In this document: positions 18,063 through 28,392 of the stretch, one piece after another
How positions within the stretch are numbered: position 1 is the first letter of the stretch
Layout: each line of letters begins with the position of its first letter
Assembly (NCBI GenBank): GCA_965216915.1
Contig: CBDCGS010000011.1
Span: forward strand, 1,314,569 to 1,378,568
Direction of reading: 5' to 3'
DNA: 64,000 nt
DNA from: Alphaproteobacteria bacterium
GTDB lineage: Bacteria; Pseudomonadota; Alphaproteobacteria; UBA828
Notes under the pieces: model-generated
The model's input: only the letters and a program-made list of their open reading frames with translations
What the model was told of the DNA's origin: nothing
Databases searched by the model: none
Position numbers and translations under genes: made by a program

Positions 18063-21000
18063 TCATTCGGGGGGTGCCTTTCTGATGGCGTCATCTTCCA
18101 CTGCTGCGGCGTGTTCGAGTTCACGCGCGAGGCGGGCTCCCTCGGCGGCTCGCGGCTTGGACAATCGTGCGAGACCGAGATAGGCGATCGGCGCAAGATA
18201 AAGCGTGAAGAGCGCCGCCAAACCGAGGCCGCCAAACACGACCCAACCGATGGCGGCGCGGGCCTCGGCGCCGGGTCCGGTGCTCAAGATCAGCGGCAAC
18301 CCACCCAACACGGTCGAAATCATCGTCATCACGATCGGGCGCAGACGCACCTTGGCCGCCGTCGCGGCCGCCTCGCGCACGGAGAAGCCGCGGTCACGAA
18401 GCTGGTCGGCAAACTCGATGACGAGAATGCCGTTCTTCGCCATCAGGCCGATCAGCATGATCAAACCGATCTGGGAGTAAACGTTGACCGAGGTGCCGGT
18501 GAGCAGGAGGGCAAACACCGCAGCCGCGATCCCGAACGGGACCGTGATGAGCACCGCCGCCGCCGATGTCAGGCTCTCGAACTGTGCGGCGAGAACGAGA
18601 AAGGCGACGAGAAGCGCCAAGGCATAGGTGATGGACACGCCGTGCGACGTCTCGTCGAGCGTTGCCGCTTCGCCGAGCAAGACAAGCTCGGTGTCTTCGG
18701 GCAGGACGCGATCCGCGAGCGCTTGCAAATCCGCGACGGCGCTCCGCAGCGGGTAGCCGCTCGCGACCTCGGCATCGATGTCGATCGCACGGCGTTGTCG
18801 ATGCCGATCGAGTTCGGCGGCAACCCCCGCTTCGTGTAGCGAGACGACGCTGGACAACGGCACCAGTGTGCCCGTTGCCGATTTGACGTGCAGATTCATC
18901 AGGTCGGACGGGTCGTCGATCGCGCCTCTCATCGCCTCGAGCTGGACGGGCACGGCCTCGTCGTCGATGTTCAAATCGACGATCTCGTCACCGTCGACGA
19001 GCGCACGCAGTGTCAAAGCCAAGTCGTCAAGCGCGAGCCCAAGGTCGGCCGCGCGCTGCCGGTCGATGCGCACCGAAAGCTGGGGCTGCGTTGGCTGGTA
19101 TGAGATCTCGGGATCACTGAGGTTGGGTAGGTCATCCTCAATGCCGCGCGCCATCAGCTTCGCCGCTTCGTAGAGCCGTTCATAGTCGTTGCCGAGCACG
19201 GCGACTTCGACGCCGCCGCCGCGACCACGGAGGCCGAGGCTGTTCGGGCTGAAGACGCGCACCCGAGAGCCCGCGATCTTCGACACGTCACCGCGCAGCT
19301 CCGCCACGATCTCCTGCTGGCTGCGCGCACGCTCTCCCCAGGGCGCGAGGCGCGCGGTCACGAGCACGCGGTTGAGATCCCAGCGACCAACGATGATCTG
19401 CACCCGCTCGATCTCGCCGCTCTCCACGTAGCGACGGAGGATGGCGTCGATCGCGTCGGCCTGACGCCGCGAGTAGGCGAGGCCGGCGCCGTCGGGGCCG
19501 GTCGCCAGGATGTTGATTTTCCCGCGGTCCTCCGCGGGCAGAAGCTCCTCGTCGAGGCCTTGGAAAATCAGCCACGCCGCCGCGGCGAAACAAAGGGCCA
19601 ACGCGAACACCACCAGTGGCGCCTTGAAGGCCCATGCGAGCGTGCGTTCGTAGGCCCGTTCGAGAGCCCGGCCGAGCGCGACGAGCGGCGCCGTTTGCCG
19701 CGCCGGTTTGTGCGGTAGGCGCGCCGTGAGCGCCGGGACGAGCGAGAGCGCGACAAACGACGAGATCGCGACGGCGATCGCGAGCACGAAGCCAAATTCG
19801 CGGAACAGCCGGCCTGCCGTGCTCGGCAGAACCGACAAGGGGACGAAGACCGAGATCAACACGGCGGTTGTCGCGATCACCGCGAAAAACACTTGTCGCG
19901 TGCCGAGCACGGATGCCGCACGGCTTCCGAGACCCTGGGACTTGCGCCGCTGGATGTTCTCGAGCACGACGATCGAATCGTCGACGATCATACCGGTCGC
20001 GAGGACGAGCGCGAGCAACGTGAGAAGGTTGATGGAAAAGCCGGCGAGCCATATCGCCGCGATGGTCCCGATCAGCGCGATCGGGATGGCGAGTGTCGGG
20101 ATCAGCGTCGCGCGCACCGATCCCACGAAAAGCCAGATCGTCGCGACCACGATGCCCACCGCGATCCCCAGGGTGATCAGCACTTCGCGGATGGAGCCGC
20201 GAACGAAGATGGCATCGTCGGCGGTCGTGACGATTTCGACCGTGTCAAAGCGCGCGTTGAGCCGCTCGATGGCGGCGGCAACACCAGCCGAAATATCGAT
20301 CGTGTTGGATCCTGCCTGACGAATGACGCCCATGCCGATGACGCGACGTCCCTCGACGAGCGTGTAGGAAATCGCGTCCGCCGGGCCGAAATAGACTTGA
20401 GCGACGTCACCGATCTTGATCGCACCCGCGATCGTGAGCGCCTTGATCTCTTCGGGCGTTACGACCGTCGCTTCGGACCGCACGATCAATTCCAGATCAT
20501 CCGAGCGGAAGCTTCCGGCCGGAACGTCGAACGGCGCGTTCGAGAGCGCGACGGCGACATCGGTGACGGACAGTCCGTAGGACGCGAGCCTCAGTGGATC
20601 GACCACCACACGCAAGAGCCGTTGTCGCTCGCCGAAGACGACGATGTCCGCAACGCCATCGACCGCGATGAGCTCCGGCACGACGACATCCCGGACGGTT
20701 CGCGAGAGGGCTTCCGCGCTCACGGTCGTGCTCGATGCGGCCAGTCGGATGACCGGTGAGGCGTCGGCATCTGCCTTGATCACTCTCAGTTGCTCGACCG
20801 CTTCGGGCAACTGCCGCGCGACCCGGCTTACGGCTTCGCGAATGTCCGCGGCGGCCGCGCCGATGTCGACGCCGGGTGAGAACTCGGCGCGGATCCGAAA
20901 ATTGTCTTCTTCGCTCGAGGAGCGGATCGAGGTCACACCGGAGACCCGCGCAACCGCGCTCTCGACAATCGAGGTGACCTCCGCGTCCATCGTCTCGGGA

Positions 21001-21266
21001 GACGCGCCCGGTAGGTTTCCGCGCACCGTCACGATGGGGCGGTCGACGTTCGGCAACTCTCTGACCTCGACGGCGAAAAGGGCTGCAAGCCCCGCCAACG
21101 CGATCAAGAGGTTGAGGACGAAGACGAGCAGCGGCCGCCTGATCGCGAGCGAGGGCAAGTCGCGCCGGAGATGGGGCGTCGTGTCGTCGCCCTCGGGCGG
21201 TTGGCTCGGGCGCTTCCGCGCGACGTCGCCGGTATGCGGCGTGACCGGAGGGCGGTCCGCGCTCAT
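18063..21266 (-). CDS. RND efflux transporter permease (AcrB/HAE1-like), 1067 aa
   Basis: 12-TM RND architecture with large periplasmic loops and typical N-terminal motifs (LAIRRPLLVFVLNLLIALAG). Confidence 0.9.
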   Translation of the reverse strand: MSADRPPVTPHTGDVARKRPSQPPEGDDTTPHLRRDLPSLAIRRPLLVFVLNLLIALAGLAALFAVEVRELPNVDRPIVTVRGNLPGASPETMDAEVTSIVESAVARVSGVTSIRSSSEEDNFRIRAEFSPGVDIGAAAADIREAVSRVARQLPEAVEQLRVIKADADASPVIRLAASSTTVSAEALSRTVRDVVVPELIAVDGVADIVVFGERQRLLRVVVDPLRLASYGLSVTDVAVALSNAPFDVPAGSFRSDDLELIVRSEATVVTPEEIKALTIAGAIKIGDVAQVYFGPADAISYTLVEGRRVIGMGVIRQAGSNTIDISAGVAAAIERLNARFDTVEIVTTADDAIFVRGSIREVLITLGIAVGIVVATIWLFVGSVRATLIPTLAIPIALIGTIAAIWLAGFSINLLTLLALVLATGMIVDDSIVVLENIQRRKSQGLGSRAASVLGTRQVFFAVIATTAVLISVFVPLSVLPSTAGRLFREFGFVLAIAVAISSFVALSLVPALTARLPHKPARQTAPLVALGRALERAYERTLAWAFKAPLVVFALALCFAAAAWLIFQGLDEELLPAEDRGKINILATGPDGAGLAYSRRQADAIDAILRRYVESGEIERVQIIVGRWDLNRVLVTARLAPWGERARSQQEIVAELRGDVSKIAGSRVRVFSPNSLGLRGRGGGVEVAVLGNDYERLYEAAKLMARGIEDDLPNLSDPEISYQPTQPQLSVRIDRQRAADLGLALDDLALTLRALVDGDEIVDLNIDDEAVPVQLEAMRGAIDDPSDLMNLHVKSATGTLVPLSSVVSLHEAGVAAELDRHRQRRAIDIDAEVASGYPLRSAVADLQALADRVLPEDTELVLLGEAATLDETSHGVSITYALALLVAFLVLAAQFESLTSAAAVLITVPFGIAAAVFALLLTGTSVNVYSQIGLIMLIGLMAKNGILVIEFADQLRDRGFSVREAAATAAKVRLRPIVMTMISTVLGGLPLILSTGPGAEARAAIGWVVFGGLGLAALFTLYLAPIAYLGLARLSKPRAAEGARLARELEHAAAVEDDAIRKAPPE

Positions 21267-22381
21267 CGGCGTGCCGCAGCTGAGCCACCCGGGCTGATCT
21301 CGAGCTCGCTCCGCTTGCGTTGAACGCCCTCGACCACGATCAGCTCGCCGGCTTCCACCGCCGCATCAACGAGGACCGAACCGCTCTGCCGCTGCACGAT
21401 CCGCACGGAAACGCGCATGGCGCGGCCGCTGCGCACAACCCAAAAGTAGGCGCCGTCTCCATCCCACTGCACCGCAACCTCGGGCACCAGCGGATATGCG
21501 GAGCCGAGAAGCTCGATGGCCACCGCGAAACTCATTCCGGGGCGAAACCGATCCTCGGGATTGGCGAGGTGTGCGCGCACGGTGAAACTTCGGTTCTCCG
21601 GGTCGACCCGGCTTCCGATGTCCACGATCTTGCCGGACATCTCCCGTTCGCGGTCCGCCCAGGTCGCGACCTTGATCGGATGGTCGACACCCAGGCGATC
21701 GAGGAATATCTCGGGCACTGAAAAGCTGATCACGAGCGCGCTTCGATCGTCGATCGTGGTGATCGGATCGTCGGGGCCGATACGATCACCCACCGCCACG
21801 TCGGTCATGCCAACATGGCCCTCGAAGGGCGCAACGACCGTCCGCTTCGCGTAGGCCAAGTCGGCTTCGCGCCGCACGATCTGCGCCTCAGTGAGCGCGG
21901 CCCGTGCTTCATCGATCGTGGCTCGCGGTACCGCACCCGAGCCCACCGTACTCTCGTAACGCTCGAGCAGCCGGCGCGCCTCCTCTGCGCGCGCGGTCGC
22001 GAGTTCGACGGCGAGGGCTTCGGCGCGGCGGTCCAGCACCAGCAGCGCATGGCCTTTCGTCACGCGGCGGTCCGGCTCGATGTTGACCGCGACCACCTGG
22101 CCCGCTGAGGCCGCGTAGAGCGTGGCCGAACGCGCCGCCTCGGCGGTTCCGATCGCCTCGATCTGGACCCGTTCGCGGTGCACCTCGATCGGCTCGACGA
22201 CGACTTGGGTCGGCTGGCGTTCACGGCGCGTTTCTTCGGCTGGGTGGCGATTGTCGGTCGAGCCGAGCGCCGGCCAGCCGTGGAAATAGCCGAGATAGCC
22301 CAAGCCCCCGAGTGCCGCGATTATCAGCAACTGTTTGAAAAGGCCCATCAATCGACCGCCCAACCACCCAAATCGAACCAC
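21263..22381 (-). CDS. RND efflux periplasmic adaptor (membrane fusion protein, HlyD family)
   Basis: N-terminal TM/lipid anchor, a coiled-coil hairpin and a beta-barrel. There is a 4-nt overlap with the RND permease gene. Confidence 0.85.
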   Translation of the reverse strand: MVRFGWLGGRLMGLFKQLLIIAALGGLGYLGYFHGWPALGSTDNRHPAEETRRERQPTQVVVEPIEVHRERVQIEAIGTAEAARSATLYAASAGQVVAVNIEPDRRVTKGHALLVLDRRAEALAVELATARAEEARRLLERYESTVGSGAVPRATIDEARAALTEAQIVRREADLAYAKRTVVAPFEGHVGMTDVAVGDRIGPDDPITTIDDRSALVISFSVPEIFLDRLGVDHPIKVATWADREREMSGKIVDIGSRVDPENRSFTVRAHLANPEDRFRPGMSFAVAIELLGSAYPLVPEVAVQWDGDGAYFWVVRSGRAMRVSVRIVQRQSGSVLVDAAVEAGELIVVEGVQRKRSELEISPGGSAAARR

Positions 22382-22566
22382 CCTGTTCCGTCGCCGCCCA
22401 TTATCTCAGAATTTCTTATTGTCGGGATGCAGGCGGATCAGCGTGCCTGCCCGTGGCGCGCCTCGAGCGATCGCTGATCGAGGTCGGGGACGGCGCTATT
22501 GACGCTCGAGACAGATGCGCGGCGTTGTCACGCCAACGAGGCATCCGGCCCGTGCTGACTCGGCGG

Positions 22567-23268
22567 TCAGATAGCCAGGTATTTCCTCGACACCTCTGGA
22601 TCGGCGATTTCTTCCGCCGCAAGGCGATCGACGATGTTGCCTTTGTCGATGACGAGGCAGCGATCGGCAACGGCGTTTATGAGATCGAGATTCTGCTCGA
22701 CGATGACGACGGTTAGTCCGACCTCATCGCGTAGGCGCTTGATGATCTCGCCGATCGATTGGACGATATTTGGCTGGATCCCTTCGGAGGGCTCGTCGAG
22801 AAGGATGAGGTCCGGATGCCCGACGAGGACTCGGCCGATCGCCAGCTGCTGCTGCTCGCCGCCGCTGAGCGAGCCGGCCTTCTGCGATTGCCGTTCTTTC
22901 AGGATCGGGAAGAACTTGTAGACCCGGTTGTAATCGGGCGGCCGCCCCTTGCCGCCAACTTGCTCGCCCATGCGCAAATTGTCGGCAACCGAGAGGCGCG
23001 AGAAGATGCCGCGTCCCTGCGGCACATACCCGATGCCGCGTTGCGCCCTCGCCGCTGCGGCCATCCGAGAGACGTTCTCTCCCTTGAACTCGATCGTTCC
23101 ACCGAGATTGCGCAGCAAGCCGACGAGGGTCTTCATCAGCGTCGTCTTGCCGACGCCGTTGCGGCCGATAACGGCCACGATCTCGCGCTCCGCAACATCG
23201 AACGACACGTCGTTGATGATGCGAACGGCGCCATAGCCGGAGGTCAGTTCGCTGACGCTCAGAAGCAT
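22567..23268 (-). CDS. ABC transporter ATP-binding protein, UrtE/LivF-like
   Basis: Walker A GRNGVGKTT, signature LSGGEQQ, Walker B LILLDEPS. Confidence 0.85.
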   Translation of the reverse strand: MLLSVSELTSGYGAVRIINDVSFDVAEREIVAVIGRNGVGKTTLMKTLVGLLRNLGGTIEFKGENVSRMAAAARAQRGIGYVPQGRGIFSRLSVADNLRMGEQVGGKGRPPDYNRVYKFFPILKERQSQKAGSLSGGEQQQLAIGRVLVGHPDLILLDEPSEGIQPNIVQSIGEIIKRLRDEVGLTVVIVEQNLDLINAVADRCLVIDKGNIVDRLAAEEIADPEVSRKYLAI

Positions 23269-23280
23269 CCGGTTTCTCGA

Positions 23281-24024
23281 TCAGATCTTGCCAAGATAAA
23301 TGCGGTGGACATCTTCATTCCGCTCGATCTCCGCGAAGGTGCCCTGCGCGAACAATTTGCCATAGTGGAGCACGCTGGTACGCGAATCGAGATCGCGTAC
23401 GAAAGCCATGTCGTGCTCGATGACCACGATCGTGATGCCCGTCGCATTGAGGCGCCGTACGATCTCCGCGGTCTGCTCTGTTTCGGCGGGCGACATGCCT
23501 GCCGTCGGCTCGTCCAGCAACAGGACCTTGGGTTCGACCGCCATCGACATGCCAATGGCGAGCCACTGCTGCTGTCCATGGGACAGGTCTCCGACCACCA
23601 CCTCCTCGGTCCCCGAGAGATGAAGCTGAGCCAGCAATCCCGCCGCCTGGTCCGCGATCTCGCGCCGTTTGTGACGGCGGCGCAGCGGGATGAAGAGATT
23701 CTGGTGCACCGTCAGATCCTGATAGACCTGCATGGCCTGGAACTTGATCGCGAGCCCGAGGCGCGCGCGCTGATAGGAGCGGAGCCGACTGACGTCTCTC
23801 CCCTCGAAGGTGACCATGCCGGCTGTGGGCCGTTCAATGCCCATCAGCAGTTTGAAGAACGTGCTTTTGCCGGCGCCGTTCGGTCCGATTATGCAATGGA
23901 TCTCGCCGTCCTCGATCTCGATGTCGAGGCCATCGACGGCCCGCACGCCGCCGAAGACCTTCGCGAGCGATCGGGTTTCGATGATCGCGTGCGATCCCTG
24001 GCCGCCCGTGGCCGGCTCGCTCAT
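23281..24024 (-). CDS. ABC transporter ATP-binding protein, UrtD/LivG-like
   Basis: Walker A GPNGAGKST, signature LSHGQQQ, Walker B LLLDEPTAG. Confidence 0.85.
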   Translation of the reverse strand: MSEPATGGQGSHAIIETRSLAKVFGGVRAVDGLDIEIEDGEIHCIIGPNGAGKSTFFKLLMGIERPTAGMVTFEGRDVSRLRSYQRARLGLAIKFQAMQVYQDLTVHQNLFIPLRRRHKRREIADQAAGLLAQLHLSGTEEVVVGDLSHGQQQWLAIGMSMAVEPKVLLLDEPTAGMSPAETEQTAEIVRRLNATGITIVVIEHDMAFVRDLDSRTSVLHYGKLFAQGTFAEIERNEDVHRIYLGKI

Positions 24025-25211
24025 CGTTCTTCCGGCAGGTTTGCGGCGCGGTCGGGCGTTCGCTCGCGGCGCAGCAAGCGGTCATGGAGCCATCGTAAGC
24101 GGTCACCGACGCTGATCGCGAGGCCGTTCGGCGCAATGAGCATGACCAGAACCAGGATGGCACCGAGCACAAGAAGCGACATTTCGCCTTGGGCGGCCAA
24201 TCTGAGTGATACCCACTCTAGGACGATTGCGCCGGCGATGGCCGCCCCGAGATCCTTGCGGCCGCCGACCGCAACCCAGATCACGACAAGGATGTTGGGC
24301 GCGACGCCGAAGCCGTCCGGGTGGATGTAGGTGCCCCAGGCCGTGTAAAGCACACCGGACAGCCCGGCGATCGCGGCGGCGAGGCAGAACACGCTGAGTT
24401 GGATGATCCGCACGTCGTAGCCGAAGGTCTCCGTGCGGTCGGGATCCTCGCGACAGCCGACGAGCAAGTAGCCGTAGCTCGAGTTGACGAGGCAGCGGAG
24501 GCCTAAGTACACGGCAACGAGGAGGCCGAGGACGAAATAGTAGAACTCCCGACTTCGTCCATCGAGCTCGATCACCGCACTCCCGATGCCGAAGATCAAG
24601 TTCGGTAGAAGGGGATCGTCGACCGATGCCGGCCGCAAGCCATTCATTCCGCCAAGATAGGCGGCGCCAACCGTGTAGCTTGGGTCGGCGGTTTGGCGCA
24701 TGAAGGTCCCGATCAAGAGCGAGACGACGAGCATCAGGATGGCGATGTAGACGCCGCGGAGGCGCGCGTAGAACATGACCGCGCCGATGAGCGCAGCGAA
24801 GATCACGGGCACCGCGATCCCAGCGATGAACGCAACATCGGTGTTCCCGTGGGCATTGAACAGGTTCAGCGCGACGATTCCGAATGCATACCCACCGATC
24901 CCGTGAAAGGCAGCCTGGCCGAGGCTCAGGATCCCGCAATAGCCCCAGATCAAGCTCAGACTGAGGGCGAGAAATCCCGAGATCAGGAAATTGCTGAAAT
25001 TGATGATGTCATAACGCCGCATGTATTCCGGGAAGCTCGCCATGACGCCGATGACGATGACGAAACCCACCCAGAAGACGACACCGCGCCCCATCGTGTG
25101 AGGCCCGTTGAGGAGACCAAGGTAAGGGTCGAGGACGCTACGCCGTTGTTGCACGGCCACCATTCCGTTCGATGCGGATCTTCCGGCGTTCGAGATACTC
25201 AGAGATCCCAC
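24021..25211 (-). CDS. ABC transporter permease, UrtC/LivM-like
   Basis: Multi-TM branched-chain-amino-acid-type permease. The start is uncertain: it overlaps the upstream permease, and an alternative start lies near 25163. Confidence 0.75.
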   Translation of the reverse strand: MGSLSISNAGRSASNGMVAVQQRRSVLDPYLGLLNGPHTMGRGVVFWVGFVIVIGVMASFPEYMRRYDIINFSNFLISGFLALSLSLIWGYCGILSLGQAAFHGIGGYAFGIVALNLFNAHGNTDVAFIAGIAVPVIFAALIGAVMFYARLRGVYIAILMLVVSLLIGTFMRQTADPSYTVGAAYLGGMNGLRPASVDDPLLPNLIFGIGSAVIELDGRSREFYYFVLGLLVAVYLGLRCLVNSSYGYLLVGCREDPDRTETFGYDVRIIQLSVFCLAAAIAGLSGVLYTAWGTYIHPDGFGVAPNILVVIWVAVGGRKDLGAAIAGAIVLEWVSLRLAAQGEMSLLVLGAILVLVMLIAPNGLAISVGDRLRWLHDRLLRRERTPDRAANLPEER

Positions 25212-26049
25212 GCGGCAGGAGCAAGAGAATGACGAACGCCGCGCCCATCATCGCGACATATCCCACATAGACATTGACCAGGTTGTTGACGGCAGTTTGA
25301 ACGCCGGCGAGGGCCATCACGCTCGACAGGAGCCCGGTGATCACGTTGGCGCCACCGCCGACCACCACCGTGATGAACGCGAGCGGCGTGTAGTTGATGC
25401 CGAAGAACGGCGAGATCGTCGCGGTCAGCGCGAACATCCCGCCAGCGATCCCGCCCATCGCCGAGCCGAGCCCAAACGTGGCCATGTAGATGTTGCGGGT
25501 GTTGACGCCGAGCGCGTCGGCCATGTCCGGGTCTTCCATGGTCGCCCGCGCATGCGTGCCGAATTTCGTGAACGTGAAGATCGCCCATACGCCCGCGACC
25601 ATGAACAAGGAGACCGCGAACAAGACGAGGCGGTAGATCCCGAAAGTCTGTTCGCTCACGGGGAAATTGCCGAACGGCGTCGGCACGTTGAGGATCGACG
25701 GGCCGAAAATCAGGAGGAACGCTTGGCTGATCATCAGACTCAAGCCCCACGTCACGACCAGTGACGACAAGAGCTGCTTGTAGAAATGCCTGATCACCAG
25801 ACGTTCGAGGACCATGCCGGCAGCGCCCGCTCCGATCCCCGCGAGAATGATGGCAATTGGCGCCGGCACGCCGAGATGATAGGCGCTGGCGGTGATGTAC
25901 GCGCCGATCATCATCAGCTCGCCGTGGGCCATGTTGATGACCCCCATCATGCCGAAAATGATGATGAGCCCCGACGCCGAGAGGATCAGGAAGCCGATAT
26001 TGTCGAAATATTGGTAGGCGTAGCTAAAGACCGCCGCGACGGTGTCCAT
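25138..26049 (-). CDS. ABC transporter permease, UrtB/LivH-like
   Basis: 303-aa hydrophobic LivH-type permease. Confidence 0.85.
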   Translation of the reverse strand: MDTVAAVFSYAYQYFDNIGFLILSASGLIIIFGMMGVINMAHGELMMIGAYITASAYHLGVPAPIAIILAGIGAGAAGMVLERLVIRHFYKQLLSSLVVTWGLSLMISQAFLLIFGPSILNVPTPFGNFPVSEQTFGIYRLVLFAVSLFMVAGVWAIFTFTKFGTHARATMEDPDMADALGVNTRNIYMATFGLGSAMGGIAGGMFALTATISPFFGINYTPLAFITVVVGGGANVITGLLSSVMALAGVQTAVNNLVNVYVGYVAMMGAAFVILLLLPRGISEYLERRKIRIERNGGRATTA

Positions 26050-26176
26050 GGCCCCTAATCCGGCTGCACGGTGCCTCGGTACAGCCTAGCTAAGGTGGTC
26101 GGTTCCACAATCCCGTAAATCTGCGAAGAGAAAAAGAGACGGCCGGTTGCGGGCCGGCCGTCTTAAGGCAGAGAGA

Positions 26177-27484
26177 TCACTGACCGACGCGTTCCTGGCC
26201 TTCGAAGAACGGCGCCCACGCGGCATTGTCCGGCGGAAGGAATTGCCGGCCCGGCGCCTTGTCGCGCATGTTCACACCGATATCGCGCAGGAACGTGGGT
26301 TCGGTGTAGCCGAGGTCCGCAATCAGCTCGAGGCTATGATCGTCGTTGACCTTGAACAGGTAGGAGTGCATGGCGGCGTGGTGCTGGTCGCCGTGCAGCT
26401 TCCACGGACCGCCCGGCGCCTCCGGCACCTCGATGTCGGACTGGAGCGCAGCGATCACCGCATCGGTCTCGGTCGTGCCGGCTTTTTCCCAAGCTCTCGC
26501 CATCGCCTTGACTGCCACGTAGCCGAAGCCTGCGTGCTCGTTGGCATAGGTCATGTCCGGGAACATCTCGCGCAGCTTGCGCACGAACTCGACGCTGTTC
26601 GGGTGCGGAACGTCCTCGATATAGCCCGGCGACACGTGCATGTTGGCCAGCGACGGGGGTGCAAAGCGCTTGTGCTCGTAGCCATCGGCAATCGTCACGT
26701 TCGACCAGGTTGGGATTGCCAGACCGGCTGATTGCGCCTGCGGATAGAATTGCACATGCTCTGCGCCCACAAGGCAATGCACCTGGAAGTCCGGCCCGAC
26801 TTTCTGAATCTTGTCGATCGTGGCCTGCCACTGCGAAACGCCGAAGGGAAAGTATTCCTCGTATTCGATCGTCCCGCCATAAAGGTTGGCCGCCGTACGA
26901 GTCCACATGCCGATGGCCCGGCAGAAGTTATAGTCTGCGCCAATATAAATGAGGCGCGTACCGTAGTTCTCGATCATCCACTTTAGTGCGGGGATGACTT
27001 GCTGTTCGGGCGTCGGACCGGAAAAGAAGGAATATTTGTCCGCGATGCCGCCTTCGCCCTGATTGTTGTGCCAGTAAATCACCCGGTTGCGGACGACTTC
27101 GCGCCTTGCGGCTTCCCGCTCGGCGCCGGTGTAAGCGGCCATGACGACATCCGCCTCGTCGTCGAAGATGCACTTCTGCGCAAGCTCCTGATAACGCTTG
27201 ACGTTGGACTGCCCGTCATACGTGACGAGCTTGATCATCTTTTTGTTGCCGTCGACCATGATTCCGCCGGCCTCGTTCACCTCTTTGGTGGCGAGCTGGT
27301 AGCCATAGGTCTTGGGTGTCGCCATGATCGAAAAATCGCCCGAGAGATCATCGATCGTACACAGGATGATTTCGTCATCCGTTGCGGCCTCGGCCGGTGT
27401 GTTGGCGCCGCTCAGGCCTATGACGCCGACGACCGCCAATGCGGCCACCAAGGCCCCTCGTAGTGCTGTTAATCGCCTCATCAA
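26177..27484 (-). CDS. Urea / short-chain-amide ABC transporter substrate-binding protein (UrtA/FmdD-like), 435 aa with signal peptide
   Basis: Signal peptide ...LAVVGVIGLSGANTPAEA. At ~430 aa it is larger than LivK, consistent with UrtA-type amide-binding proteins. It is the first gene of an A-B-C-D-E operon. Confidence 0.75.
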   Translation of the reverse strand: MMRRLTALRGALVAALAVVGVIGLSGANTPAEAATDDEIILCTIDDLSGDFSIMATPKTYGYQLATKEVNEAGGIMVDGNKKMIKLVTYDGQSNVKRYQELAQKCIFDDEADVVMAAYTGAEREAARREVVRNRVIYWHNNQGEGGIADKYSFFSGPTPEQQVIPALKWMIENYGTRLIYIGADYNFCRAIGMWTRTAANLYGGTIEYEEYFPFGVSQWQATIDKIQKVGPDFQVHCLVGAEHVQFYPQAQSAGLAIPTWSNVTIADGYEHKRFAPPSLANMHVSPGYIEDVPHPNSVEFVRKLREMFPDMTYANEHAGFGYVAVKAMARAWEKAGTTETDAVIAALQSDIEVPEAPGGPWKLHGDQHHAAMHSYLFKVNDDHSLELIADLGYTEPTFLRDIGVNMRDKAPGRQFLPPDNAAWAPFFEGQERVGQ

Positions 27485-27885
27485 CCCGTCTCCTTCGTCA
27501 CCTCGTTACCGACTGCCTCCGTACCCAAAGCTGGGCTCGGCACCTCTTGTTGATCCCGTCATGCGGGTGACACGGCAGCCCAGGGTCAGCCGAAAAAAGG
27601 CTAGGCAAAAGCCGAACCTGCCGGTAGCTCCCCGAAGGGGTCTGCCCGAAGTCGTTACCCTAAACGGGTAGGTTTTTTCCGATTGCAGGCGTCCACGCGG
27701 CGCCCCAATCGTTACCAAGCGATCGGTTGACGTAAGGCGGCAATTCGCCGGTCGATCGTTCATCCCAACGTGTGGCGTCGCGTCGTAACTTCGCCGTGCG
27801 TTGGCGACCGAACTGAACTACGATTTCCTGGAATTTGATGCCGTGGCGAGGGAACCGCCCAAACGTGGGGCGCGAGGAGGGGACA

Positions 27886-28323
27886 ATGGTGGTTTGGAGG
27901 CACTCACCGGCGATCACACTGGCTGCCGCGTTTCTGTTGTTTGTGGCGGGGACCCCGGCCATGGCAGGCGGATCGCTGTATGAGCGGCTTGGCGGCATCG
28001 ACGCCATCACGGCCGTGGTCGATAAGTTCACCGCCGACCAACTCGCCGACCCGCGTATCGCCAAGCGCTACACGAACACGGATATCGCTGCGTGGCGTGG
28101 CCACCTCACCGATCTCATCTGCCAGGCGAGTGGTGGACCGTGCGAATATACCGGCCGCGCGATGGAAAAGGCACACGCGCGGCTCTCCATCACCGAGGAC
28201 GAATTCAATTGGACCGCTGAACACCTGGTGGCCGCGTTGAACCACTTCAACGTGCCCCAGGCGGAGCAGGAAGAGCTCGTCACCATCGTTGCGTCCCTGA
28301 AGGACAAGGTGGTGGGGCAATAA
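27886..28323 (+). CDS. Group-I truncated hemoglobin (trHbN-like) with an N-terminal signal-peptide-like hydrophobic segment
   Basis: Globin motifs LYERLGGIDAITAVVDKF...HLVAALNHF. The N-terminus MVVWRHSPAITLAAAFLLFVAGTPAMAGG looks like a Sec signal peptide. The start was trimmed to the ATG at 27886. Confidence 0.7.
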   Translation: MVVWRHSPAITLAAAFLLFVAGTPAMAGGSLYERLGGIDAITAVVDKFTADQLADPRIAKRYTNTDIAAWRGHLTDLICQASGGPCEYTGRAMEKAHARLSITEDEFNWTAEHLVAALNHFNVPQAEQEELVTIVASLKDKVVGQ

Positions 28324-28392
28324 GGTTACGCGTGAGCCTCTTCACGCGGCGTGCCCCTGCGAAATGGCGCGGCGGTTTGCCGGGGCGAGGGG

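Noticed and set aside
19288-20759. Several 200-290-aa ORFs in both orientations inside the RND permease gene
   Set aside because: All are embedded in the 1067-aa RND gene, are highly Arg/Asp-rich, and have no supporting signals.
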